Source of the DNA: Candidatus Latescibacterota bacterium
GTDB taxonomy: Bacteria > Latescibacterota > UBA2968
Length of the DNA stretch: 64,000 bases
Reading direction: 5' to 3'
Assembly (NCBI GenBank): GCA_965204375.1
Contig: OZ241986.1
Coordinates: 4,320,001 to 4,384,000 of the forward strand
Within the stretch, counting starts at the first letter, position 1, and every line of letters starts with the position of its first letter. The notes below the pieces were generated by a model, which worked only from the letters and a program-made list of their open reading frames with translations, made no database searches and was not told where the DNA came from. A program made the translations under genes and the position numbers. Below, piece by piece: positions 40,117 to 49,386 of this stretch.

Positions 40117-41064
40117 TTATTCTCCCGGTTTTAACACGCGATTAAAAAAAGCTTCACGGGCAGGCTCGGTAAACGCAATATTGCGCTGAAAAGCACCGTG
40201 CCCACTGTCGTCACCCAGAAGAATATAACTGACATTTTTGGCACCGGCTTCTCGCAATGCTCTGACCAACTTATCTGAATGATACACGCCAACCGTGCGA
40301 TCAGAAATTGCATGCACGAGCAAAATAGGCGGTGCATCGGCCGAGGCATAAGTCACAGGAGAAGTTTTGGCGCGAACCTCTTCAGACTCCAGTCTAAGCT
40401 CATTCTTACGAGGCGGACGTGTTCGCTGCTGATTGCGTTGGCGGTCACTCATAGCAGACAGGAAGTCAGTAGGCGTAGCACTCGCGACAACAGCCTGAAC
40501 CATACTGGAATACTCCTGATAAGGCCCATCGCCTTCCAGCCCGGCTGAAGGAGGACACACACCCAGCATAACAGCCAGATGCGCCCCCGCGGAATTTCCA
40601 CTCGCGCCAATCCGCTCCGGATCGATATTGTACTCCTCGGCATGGGCACGCAACCAGCGCACCGCATTCTTCACATCTTCAACACACGCGGTAATAGGTG
40701 CCTCATCGAGCATCCGATAGTTGACCGTCACACAAACATAGCCCTTGGCTGCATAACCGATAGTAGGACGAAGAAAACCTCCCCGGCGTTTATCCCCACC
40801 TCTCCATCCACCCCCGTGGATAAAAACAAGAGCTGGACGGGGCGTCTCACCGCGCTCTATGGGCATCGCGAGATCGAGTTTCCACGCCTCGTTGCCCTCG
40901 CGATACGCAATATCCGGAACAAAAGTCACACCTTCGGGTAATTGCTGCATAATTCGCTCCACGGTAATTGTGCGTTGCTGGCGTCGGTTTTGTTGTTGTG
41001 GTTGCTGAGCACCAACAGATTGAAACAGCAAAACAACGAACAGAAAACAGATGAATTTGGACAT
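40117..41064 (-). CDS. Secreted alpha/beta hydrolase (BD-FAE/HSL-like esterase)
   Basis: HGGGW, GNSAG nucleophile elbow, D and H near the C-terminus; signal peptide. Confidence 0.9.
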   Translation of the reverse strand: MSKFICFLFVVLLFQSVGAQQPQQQNRRQQRTITVERIMQQLPEGVTFVPDIAYREGNEAWKLDLAMPIERGETPRPALVFIHGGGWRGGDKRRGGFLRPTIGYAAKGYVCVTVNYRMLDEAPITACVEDVKNAVRWLRAHAEEYNIDPERIGASGNSAGAHLAVMLGVCPPSAGLEGDGPYQEYSSMVQAVVASATPTDFLSAMSDRQRNQQRTRPPRKNELRLESEEVRAKTSPVTYASADAPPILLVHAISDRTVGVYHSDKLVRALREAGAKNVSYILLGDDSGHGAFQRNIAFTEPAREAFFNRVLKPGE

Positions 41065-41180
41065 AGGGTCCTCCCTTTTTGAACCTTGTGGCTTTGAACA
41101 AAATAATTGCTGGAACTCAATTCTTTAAACAATTAGCTGACATATTTTTTCGATAAACTGGATTGCGGCTAACACCATGC

Positions 41181-41440
41181 CGCAATGACGGGCGAGGCCT
41201 GCCTCGCCCCTACAGTTGTTCCCACTCCTCACTTCCCACTTCTCACCTATCTGTGTTCATCTGCGTTCATGCTCGAATTACTCGCCTTCATTCTGCGGAT
41301 CCCAACGACGGGCGAAAAATTTTTCGCCCCTACACATCTGTGTTCATCTGCGTTCATCTGCGGATCCCATTTCTCTTCGCCCCTACACATCTGTGTTCAT
41401 CTGCGTTCATCTGCGGATCCCATTTCTCTTCGTATCTGCG
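41181..41440. repeat. Composite REP-like mosaic 3 with a 53-bp tandem duplication
   Basis: REP-A 41190-41213, heptamer tract 41221-41247, ATCTG tract, REP-B 41310-41333, exact 53-bp repeat at 41323-41375 and 41376-41428. Confidence 0.9.
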
Positions 41441-44306
41441 CGAGGGCGCGCTTTACCCTTGTAAAATTCGGCCGCAGAGCGAGTGCCTTCTCCAAATAGG
41501 GAACAGCCTCTCGCAACCTCCCCGCCTGTGCCAGAGCCATACCCAGATCGGCATACGTATCGGGCCTATCTGGATGCAAGCGAATCGCCTCCTTATAGTG
41601 CTGAATCGCCTCGTCAACGCGTCCGAGCCTGTGAAGCGCCATAGCAATACCATTTTGCGACAACGCATTGTCCGGATGGTAGCGGATCGCATCCTCGTAA
41701 TGGCGAACCGCCTCTTCAAGCCGTCCCGCGCGGTGAAACGCCACAGCCCGTCCATTCAGCGCGCGCGCATCTGCGGGATCGAGTTCCAAAACCCGCGCAT
41801 AGTGTCTTTCTGCATCCTGCAAGCGCCCCAGTTGCATCATCGCATCGGCAAACATGCGATGCGCATCCACATACTCGGGAAGCCGGCGAATCGCCTCCTC
41901 ACAAAGCGTAGCAATACGCCTGTGTTCGCGCGCGGCAATCAAATCCGACGCCTCACGCACAAAAACGCACGCGGCAATCTCCCTCAAATTCTTATTCTGA
42001 ACATCCGCAATCCGCGCATCAACCTCACCCGGCATCAACGCATCAATAGAATCGCGGTATTTATACAGCATCTCTGCAAACACAAGCCCATCGCTCTCCT
42101 CATTCTGAACCGTCTCGTAGTCCAGAATTGGTCGGTCATCCCAATACGTATCCGCCTCAACCGTCGCAGAAGCCAGACCCTCCGCCCCCATCAAATAACC
42201 GCCCCAAAAAACGTGCGGCTGATTGAGATAATACGCCACCCCGCCCCAGTGACTATATTGAAGATCCGCATGAATCTCCTCATCCATACCCAACAATTTC
42301 CCCTCAGCAATATTAAACGCATCATCCACCGAACCAATAAGCAAAAGCTCAGACGTATTATACCACAAAACGCTCTGCGGAAAAACCGTCAAAAAACTGC
42401 GCACAACACCCCTGAACTGGTCCTCAGTCAGAAAATGCAAAGGCACAAACTGGACCAGATACCCCCCTGGCGCCAGACGCTCTCGGGCGCGCGCATAGAA
42501 ATCAACCGTATAAAAAAACGCCACACCCGGACGGGACACCTCGCCAAGCTCAAGCGAAATAATATCATAAGTCGCCGCCGTATGGCGCAGGAAATTGCGC
42601 CCATCTTCAGAAATAATCTCCACGCGCGGATCGCGCATCCACTCCGTCTCAAAATATTCCCGAATAAAAGGAAAAAGCGCAGGCTCAATATCCACACACG
42701 CCAGATAATCGATGGGATACATCAAAAAACGACTAACCGTCTGCCCTGTACCAGCCCCCACAACAACGACCCGTTTGGGATCGGGATGCAAAAGCATCGG
42801 CACATGTGCCGCCATAATCTGATGGTTCTTCTTACTTCCGCCTTGCCACCAGCGATCGATCTCCAACTCCAGATCATCCTCCCGCCGAACAACCGCCATA
42901 TTCGCGCCATAACCCTCTCGGAACGCCACCAGATCCCGTCCCTCACCAATAAAATCCGCAGGCACCTGCGTCTGCGAAAAATATGGAATCCCCAGATAAA
43001 TCAGAACCGCGACCAGCGCAGCCGCATACTTGAACGCGCGATATCTTCGATCCAGCAAAAACCATGCAGAAATGCCGATAACGAGATTCGCGCCCGTAAT
43101 AAAAAACAGACACTTCTCAAGACCAAAAAAAGGAATCCCCACAAAACCAATCAAAAGAGACCCAAGAATACCTCCAAGCGTATTCACCGCAATCAAATTC
43201 CCAGCCATCCCAGACGTATATTCCGCATTATCAGTTACCAGACGAATCGCAAGCGGAAAAGCCGCGCCACTCAACACAGCAGGAGGCAAAAGCACTGCAA
43301 AATAGATATACAGATCACTGCCCAATCCTCGCCATGTCTCGGGCGAAAGCATCAGAAGCGCCAGCACAACAAGACCCGTCGCAACCTGAAACGCGCCAAA
43401 ATAATACGCCCTTCTCTCTGTCCTATCGGAAAACTGAGCAGCGAGAACACTCCCCAAAACCAGCCCAACCAGCACAACGCACAACGCCAGCGTATAAGTA
43501 TAAACTGTATTATTGATCAAAAGACCCAGATACCGCACCCACAGCACCTCTGCGCCCAGAGCCACAAATCCAATTGCAAAAAACAGAACAAATACAACGC
43601 TACTCTGGGGAAGCCTACCACTCACACCACGGGACGTCCCCGAATCGGGAAACACATCCTCCCGTGCAATAGACAGCGCGCGAACAACAACCCCACTCAA
43701 AATATTACACACAACGCCGATATAGACAGCACCGCGCAGACCCAGATCCGGCAAAAAAACAAACCCCGCAGCCGCGCAACCCAATGCAGCCCCCAGCGTA
43801 TTGACACCGTAGAGAAGACCAACAGCGCGAGCAATTTTACCGCTATTGCGCGAATACTGACGACAAAAAAGAGGAAGGGTACCCCCCATCAGAACAGTAG
43901 GCGGCAAGACGACGAGCGCAACCAGAAGGAGACGGACAGTGAACCGCAGGAAGGGCGCATCGCTCAACATTCTATACGCGATGCCATAGAGAAAATCTGC
44001 AAAATCAAACGCATAGGGACTGATCAGAGCCAGAAGACCCAGACCAATTTCAATATACGCAAAAAGAATAAGCGGTCGGGATGTTCGTTGACCAACGCGC
44101 CCAAAAAGATACGCACCAATAGCCAAACCCAGAAAAAAAACCGCCAGAACCGCGCTCACCGCAAACGTCGTGGACCCAAACAAAAGCGCGGCCTGCCGTA
44201 TCCAGGCAACCTCGTAAACCAGCCCGGCAAAACCCGACAAAAAAAAACATATCAGCGCGGTGATATGCTGCGTGGTTCGCGTCGATTTTCTGGGACGTTT
44301 ATTCAC
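41397..44306 (-). CDS. Fused MFS-like membrane domain / spermidine synthase-like domain / TPR protein
   Basis: SGFAGLVYEVAW, LYGVNTLGA, VVGAGTGQT, EDGRNFL, C-terminal TPR repeats. Confidence 0.9.
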   Translation of the reverse strand: MNKRPRKSTRTTQHITALICFFLSGFAGLVYEVAWIRQAALLFGSTTFAVSAVLAVFFLGLAIGAYLFGRVGQRTSRPLILFAYIEIGLGLLALISPYAFDFADFLYGIAYRMLSDAPFLRFTVRLLLVALVVLPPTVLMGGTLPLFCRQYSRNSGKIARAVGLLYGVNTLGAALGCAAAGFVFLPDLGLRGAVYIGVVCNILSGVVVRALSIAREDVFPDSGTSRGVSGRLPQSSVVFVLFFAIGFVALGAEVLWVRYLGLLINNTVYTYTLALCVVLVGLVLGSVLAAQFSDRTERRAYYFGAFQVATGLVVLALLMLSPETWRGLGSDLYIYFAVLLPPAVLSGAAFPLAIRLVTDNAEYTSGMAGNLIAVNTLGGILGSLLIGFVGIPFFGLEKCLFFITGANLVIGISAWFLLDRRYRAFKYAAALVAVLIYLGIPYFSQTQVPADFIGEGRDLVAFREGYGANMAVVRREDDLELEIDRWWQGGSKKNHQIMAAHVPMLLHPDPKRVVVVGAGTGQTVSRFLMYPIDYLACVDIEPALFPFIREYFETEWMRDPRVEIISEDGRNFLRHTAATYDIISLELGEVSRPGVAFFYTVDFYARARERLAPGGYLVQFVPLHFLTEDQFRGVVRSFLTVFPQSVLWYNTSELLLIGSVDDAFNIAEGKLLGMDEEIHADLQYSHWGGVAYYLNQPHVFWGGYLMGAEGLASATVEADTYWDDRPILDYETVQNEESDGLVFAEMLYKYRDSIDALMPGEVDARIADVQNKNLREIAACVFVREASDLIAAREHRRIATLCEEAIRRLPEYVDAHRMFADAMMQLGRLQDAERHYARVLELDPADARALNGRAVAFHRAGRLEEAVRHYEDAIRYHPDNALSQNGIAMALHRLGRVDEAIQHYKEAIRLHPDRPDTYADLGMALAQAGRLREAVPYLEKALALRPNFTRVKRALAQIRREMGSADERR

Positions 44307-44312
44307 ATGAGA

Positions 44313-44957
44313 TCATACTTTCAATTCACGACGTTTCTGTAAAACCTCTTCCAATTGAGAGGCAAGACCGTGTTTTCCAACAGATCTTAACTGGTCCGGT
44401 AGTTCAGGACGGGATGCGGGATAAATACCTGACCTGATTAAACAGGCACGCGCCATTTGTGTCAACATCGCGATGAATTGTTCCTCTGCTGCATCCTCGT
44501 CACCAATCACTTTAATATCCTCAAAAAGTTTCTTGGCTCTTTCGGCACGTTTATCCGCTATTCTTGCAGAGGGCAAGGGAAGATGATTTTTCCATTTGTC
44601 ACACAGGGTTGTCCAATACTTATCTCTTTCGTAAAGAACCTTTCCAAAGCGAATTGTCCACCCCAAAACCTCGTGTCCCTCTGTAATAAGAGATTCAATA
44701 TCCCCTCGACAATATAACCTGATATCAACATCGAGAGGTGGATTCGCAAAACTTGGCCTGTCATTCTCATAAATAATCAGCAAATCAACATCTAGGCTGT
44801 ATTTGGCATTGCGCCGAATAACGGAACCAAAAATCACAATCGCCCAAATATCGGATTGCTTACACAATCTGGGTACAAAATTTTCGACCCATTCTTTCGC
44901 ATGGGTACTGGGCCATTTATCAATTCCGTGAAAAACCGATCCTTTGCATTTCATCAA
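44313..44957 (-). CDS. Nucleotidyltransferase-domain protein with helical C-terminal domain
   Basis: IFGSVIR...DVDLLII, DVD, GKVLYE; AT-rich. Confidence 0.75.
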   Translation of the reverse strand: MMKCKGSVFHGIDKWPSTHAKEWVENFVPRLCKQSDIWAIVIFGSVIRRNAKYSLDVDLLIIYENDRPSFANPPLDVDIRLYCRGDIESLITEGHEVLGWTIRFGKVLYERDKYWTTLCDKWKNHLPLPSARIADKRAERAKKLFEDIKVIGDEDAAEEQFIAMLTQMARACLIRSGIYPASRPELPDQLRSVGKHGLASQLEEVLQKRRELKV

Positions 44958-45847
44958 TCCACTTCCAGATCTTCGGAATCCAGTTGATGCCAGAACACAT
45001 CTCCCGCTTCAATACGACTCTGTATCCTGTTATCCCTATCCAGGCCAGCCACTGCCGCATAAGCAGGCTTGCCCGTGAACTGTGTCAAAAATTTGGCGTT
45101 GCGAATCGCCCTGTGCGTATCCCGTTCATCTACAGTGAAGGAAATTTCGACAGCGATGTAACAAACTTCCTCTAACCCATTCACCACTTCCATAATCAGG
45201 TCAGCCCTCACGAAACTCTGCAATTCGTTTTTGGAAATCTCCTGGGCATTTTGCGATCGGGCCAAAGAGATGATTTCCCGTTGAGACATTGTTCGCACCA
45301 AATCGAATCCCATGCTATCGGCAATCAAAGCCGTGTCTCTGAGCGCGGCACCTCTCGCATGACCGCCTTTGAGCACCCCAAGGCTATTGTCTATCCTTCT
45401 TAAGTGCTTATCGTGTCCGCCCAAATGTTCATCAATCCCATCCAGACGACCATCTATCCTTCTGAAGTGCTTATCGTGCTCGTCCAGATGGCCATCTATC
45501 CTTCTGAAGTGCTTATCGTGCTCGTCCAGACGGCCATCTATCCCGTCCAAACGACCATCAATTCCGTCCAAACGACCATCAATTCCGTCCAAACGACCAT
45601 CAACCCCGTCCAAACGACCATCAATCTCGTCCAAACGACCATCAACCCCGTCCAGACGACCATCAATCCCATCCAGACGTTTTTCAATAGCTTCAAACCG
45701 CTTATCCGTGGTTTTGACAAACGCGGCAAACACCTGAGGCAGTTCGAGGAGTTCGCGCGTGAGCAAACGCGCACGCACAGCTTCCAGTATCCTGGGATTT
45801 TCATCCAGAGCCTGGAACAAGTCATCTATGGTGTTGATGGGAAACAT
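44954..45847 (-). CDS. Heptad-repeat coiled-coil protein with C-terminal PD-(D/E)XK-like domain
   Basis: ATG 45847; (RLDGIDG)n and (RRIDG.LDEHDKHF) repeats; ADLI...AVEIS..V...D..RA. Confidence 0.75.
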   Translation of the reverse strand: MFPINTIDDLFQALDENPRILEAVRARLLTRELLELPQVFAAFVKTTDKRFEAIEKRLDGIDGRLDGVDGRLDEIDGRLDGVDGRLDGIDGRLDGIDGRLDGIDGRLDEHDKHFRRIDGHLDEHDKHFRRIDGRLDGIDEHLGGHDKHLRRIDNSLGVLKGGHARGAALRDTALIADSMGFDLVRTMSQREIISLARSQNAQEISKNELQSFVRADLIMEVVNGLEEVCYIAVEISFTVDERDTHRAIRNAKFLTQFTGKPAYAAVAGLDRDNRIQSRIEAGDVFWHQLDSEDLEVD

Positions 45848-46019
45848 TATGATTCTTCCCGCGGTAAAAAAATAGAAACCTGAACGCACCAAAACTACCC
45901 ATTTACCACTATTTTGGCAACCCCCATACTTTTCCAGAAATATAAACCATCTGATTGACGAATAAAATTGAAAATTGATCTTTGTCTTATAGCTCTTCCT
46001 GGCCTGACCGTGAAAGCGA

Positions 46020-47651
46020 TCACCTATCCTCCAACCCTGCAGCGTGACGCCCCGCTTTGGGATCGCCTGCCGCGTAATATCTGCCCTCTTCCCGATCCAC
46101 ATAAACCATAACAGGCGTCGCAATATTAGATGATTTCGCCTCGACCTGATGTCCCCGCGAGGCGAGATCGTCCTGCACATCCCGGCTTATCGCATCGTTC
46201 AGCGTCAACGACCCGGCCTGTTTGAACGTCTGCTCGCGAATGGGATTGGGATCAAAAGAATCGAGATGATGTGCCGTCGCAAAACGGGGCGCAATAACAG
46301 CCTCCTCTGGCATAATCCCAAACTCGACAAAATCCAGCAACAGATTCAAAGTCGTCTGATCTTGCAAATCCCCACCCGCAACACTAATCCCGAGAATGGG
46401 CCGCCCATCTTTCAGCACCAGCGTAGGCGTCAGCGTAATACGCGGGCGCTTCCCCGGCTGGATGCAATTCGGATGCCCCGCTGTCGTATTCAGACTGCGC
46501 AGGCGATTCCCATACGTAACCCCCGTACTCCCCCCATCAATCGTGGGACGATGCACATTGGCGCTCGGCGTCGCAGCGACCACATTGCCCCAGCGGTCCG
46601 CCACCACACAGGTCGTCGTCCCCCCCGTACCCGGACGGAACACACCGCCTTCTTTAACTGGCTGCATCAGATACGGATCGCCCGGACGCGCTTCCAGAGA
46701 AGCCGAATGCATATCGATAAGCGGCACGCGCAAATCCGTGTACGCATCGGAAAGCAACGCCCCCAAAGGCACACCTGAAAAATCGGGATCGGCATAATAC
46801 GCATCGCGGTCTGCCATCGCCAGCTTGATCGCTTCCGTAACTACATGAACATAATCCGCCGAAAGATGGCCCATCGCTTTGACATCGAACTTCTCGAGCA
46901 AACGCAACGCCTGACACAAATAAGGACCCTGTGTCCACGGCCCGCACTTGCAAACCGTGTACCCCCGATAAGAAACCGCAACTGGATCTTCAATCGTCGT
47001 AACATGCGTCGCCAGATCTTCTCGCCGCAAGAACCCTCCCTTTGCGACATAAAAAGCCTCAAGCTCCTCGGCAATATCATTGCGATACTTATTCCGCCCG
47101 TAAAAGCGATCCGCAGCAGCTTGCAATTTCTCCTCCCGACTCCCCGACGTAAGATGCTCCTCCTCAACCAGTTTTCGCAACGTCCTCGCAAGATTGGGAT
47201 GCCAGTCATCCTCCCCCGCATCCAACAAAGCAAGCACAGGAGCAATAATTTCCTCAAAAGACATCGTACCATATCGTCTGAGCGTCGTAATACACAAATC
47301 CACAACCGAAGGCACGGGTGCCATCTTCATATCCCCATCGCCCGGAATACCATTTTCCATATACCAATCAATCGCCTCCTGAGAACGCGGAGCCCGCCCC
47401 TGTCCGCTCAGTGCCTTCACCTCCGAAGTCTCAGCATCATAAATAAGAAGCGGAACCTCCCCGCCAATCGAACACGCGCCGTGATCCGTAACATTCAGCG
47501 CAAAAATAGTCGCAGCAGCAGCATCGGCTGCATTGCCCCCCCTATCCAAAATCTCAATCCCCGCTGCCACAGCACCTGCACCCCCCGCTGCCACAACACC
47601 CGTCTTGCTCTCGGCCTTCCATCCGATCTGTCCCACATCTATACCCGACAT
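46020..47651 (-). CDS. ggt: Gamma-glutamyltransferase family protein
   Basis: GGNAADAA, IGGE, MADRD, GTTT.VVAD..GN (catalytic Thr), PGKRP, DP; AGGAG RBS. Confidence 0.9.
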   Translation of the reverse strand: MSGIDVGQIGWKAESKTGVVAAGGAGAVAAGIEILDRGGNAADAAAATIFALNVTDHGACSIGGEVPLLIYDAETSEVKALSGQGRAPRSQEAIDWYMENGIPGDGDMKMAPVPSVVDLCITTLRRYGTMSFEEIIAPVLALLDAGEDDWHPNLARTLRKLVEEEHLTSGSREEKLQAAADRFYGRNKYRNDIAEELEAFYVAKGGFLRREDLATHVTTIEDPVAVSYRGYTVCKCGPWTQGPYLCQALRLLEKFDVKAMGHLSADYVHVVTEAIKLAMADRDAYYADPDFSGVPLGALLSDAYTDLRVPLIDMHSASLEARPGDPYLMQPVKEGGVFRPGTGGTTTCVVADRWGNVVAATPSANVHRPTIDGGSTGVTYGNRLRSLNTTAGHPNCIQPGKRPRITLTPTLVLKDGRPILGISVAGGDLQDQTTLNLLLDFVEFGIMPEEAVIAPRFATAHHLDSFDPNPIREQTFKQAGSLTLNDAISRDVQDDLASRGHQVEAKSSNIATPVMVYVDREEGRYYAAGDPKAGRHAAGLEDR

Positions 47652-47744
47652 GATTTTCTCCTTTTTCACCCTTGACGCCACGCAAAACTCTGGCTTTATT
47701 TTCAATAACAACGATTTTGTCGCAGCCTTCAAGGAGACATCATC

Positions 47745-47993
47745 ATGATTCTCGATTTAGACCAACTGATTGCGCCATACTTCGACAAATATCCCAATGA
47801 ATGGTTATTATTCGAGGTTACAGATACGGACGAGCACGATTGGCCCACCAAAGTGCAATTTGTCGCCCATGACCCGAGTCGTCAAGTGATTGCAAATATC
47901 GCCATTGAAAAAGATATAGATCATACCCTTGTTCGTTTCGCCGGCGACGTGTTGCCTAAAGGATGGCATGCAGCGTTGTCGAACGCATTATAG
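47745..47993 (+). CDS. Small hypothetical protein
   Basis: AAGGAG RBS; YPNEWLLFEV...VAH motif. Confidence 0.65.
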   Translation: MILDLDQLIAPYFDKYPNEWLLFEVTDTDEHDWPTKVQFVAHDPSRQVIANIAIEKDIDHTLVRFAGDVLPKGWHAALSNAL

Positions 47994-48063
47994 CATGATC
48001 TTTTTATGAAGACAAAACAATCTGTGTTCCCTCAAGACGTTTTTATTTTTTTGGAAAAAGTTA

Positions 48064-48309
48064 ATGAAATTATCAGAACCCATCACTGATGTCGAGCAAC
48101 TGACGCCTGCGCTCCTAACGGATCGATTTAGCCGCAACGGATTCCTGAAATCGGGTTCGGTCACATCCATCAAAAAAACGGACTCATTCGGATCATCGTG
48201 CGCGGAATGGGACAGGCTATCGCTGACATTCAGTGAAGACTACATAGGTGATATTCCAAATGCGATTGTGTTAAAGGTCTATCGAAAGGGATGGTTCGGA
48301 ATGCGATAA
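48064..48309 (+). pseudogene. N-terminal fragment of a probable phosphotransferase/kinase-like gene
   Basis: LTP..LT..F..NG...V...R..LT.......P...VLK resembles the APH/choline kinase N-lobe but stops after 81 aa. Confidence 0.45.
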
Positions 48310-48414
48310 AAGCATATCAGGATTGGGATTGTGGTACGCTACTCGGATAGCTTCATCCAAAATTTGATAAAATAGACAGGATACCTCCTGTCCTAAAGAA
48401 CGGGTATCAAACAC

Positions 48415-48445
48415 GCCCTCTGTGCGATGCAGAGGGCTTTTTTTT
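48415..48445 (+). terminator. Intrinsic terminator, possibly an attenuator of the SDR-QueA gene
   Basis: GCCCTCTG...CAGAGGGC followed by T8. Confidence 0.8.
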
Positions 48446-48502
48446 ATGCTACATTTTGACCCAACAAACAGAAAGTCTCTCACCCTTACAGGAGGATTCA
48501 AC

Positions 48503-49330
48503 ATGTCCACACAAACAGCTCTCATCACCGGCGCATCTCGCGGCCTGGGCCTGGCACTCGCGCGTGAACTCGCACAGCAAAACTGGCGACTGATCATCAA
48601 CGCAAGAGGCGAAGACGCACTCGAAGACGCGCGTGAAGAACTGGCCAAATGGACCGAAGTCATCGCCATTGCAGGAGACGTAACAGACCCCCAACATCGG
48701 AAAGCGCTAAGGAATGCAGCAAAAGAACTGGGTGGATTGGACGCCGTAATCAACAACGCGGGCATATTGGGACCGAGTCCCCAGCCCGAACTGCTCAATT
48801 ACCCGCTCGATACTTTGGCAGACGTCTATCGCGCCAACGTCATCGCGCCCCTGGGCGTGCTCCAGGCACTACAACACACATTAAAATCAGGTGCCCGCGT
48901 AATCAACATCACCAGCGATGCCGCCCGCGAAGCGTACCCGGGATGGGGCGGATACGGCTCTTCGAAAGCCGCACTTGAACAACTCTCAAACGTACTCGCA
49001 GCAGAACATCCCGACTGGCGCATCTACTGGGTGGATCCCGGCGACATGCGAACGCAAATGCACCGCGAAGCATTTCCCTTTGAAGACATCAGCGACCGCC
49101 CCTTGCCAGAAACCAGTGTACAAGGATGGACCTCCCTGATAATCTCACCCGACCACACCATGGGGATTGTAGATAGCTTACTCACAGGAATGCACGAACC
49201 GAGCGCCACCCACCTATCCATGCTGCAGGCATTGGCGGGATTAGACCACCTGAAACTGACTTATGAAGCCGCACTCAAAAAAAATTATTTGTGGCACGAA
49301 TTCGGCGATCTACATTTGATTTTGCCCTGA
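48503..49330 (+). CDS. SDR oxidoreductase fused to the C-terminal fragment of a QueA-like protein
   Basis: TGASRGLG, NNAG, YGSSK; tail GWT.LII...LLTG.HEP..THL.ML...YLWHEFGDLHLI is QueA-like; AGGAGG RBS. Confidence 0.85.
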   Translation: MSTQTALITGASRGLGLALARELAQQNWRLIINARGEDALEDAREELAKWTEVIAIAGDVTDPQHRKALRNAAKELGGLDAVINNAGILGPSPQPELLNYPLDTLADVYRANVIAPLGVLQALQHTLKSGARVINITSDAAREAYPGWGGYGSSKAALEQLSNVLAAEHPDWRIYWVDPGDMRTQMHREAFPFEDISDRPLPETSVQGWTSLIISPDHTMGIVDSLLTGMHEPSATHLSMLQALAGLDHLKLTYEAALKKNYLWHEFGDLHLILP

Positions 49331-49386
49331 ACACGCGGTATATTGAACCACTACCGATAAGGAAAACCGTCAAAATAGGAAAACAA

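Noticed and set aside
41323-41428. 53-bp direct repeats as a mini-CRISPR
   Set aside because: Exact tandem duplication with no spacer.
41163-44342. 1059-aa + strand ORF
   Set aside because: Antisense shadow of the MFS/SpeE/TPR gene; its N-terminus is translated repeat sequence.
45848-46180. N-terminal extension of the 408-aa ORF
   Set aside because: Overlaps the ggt 3' end and AT-rich intergenic DNA; ATG 45847 is the more plausible start.
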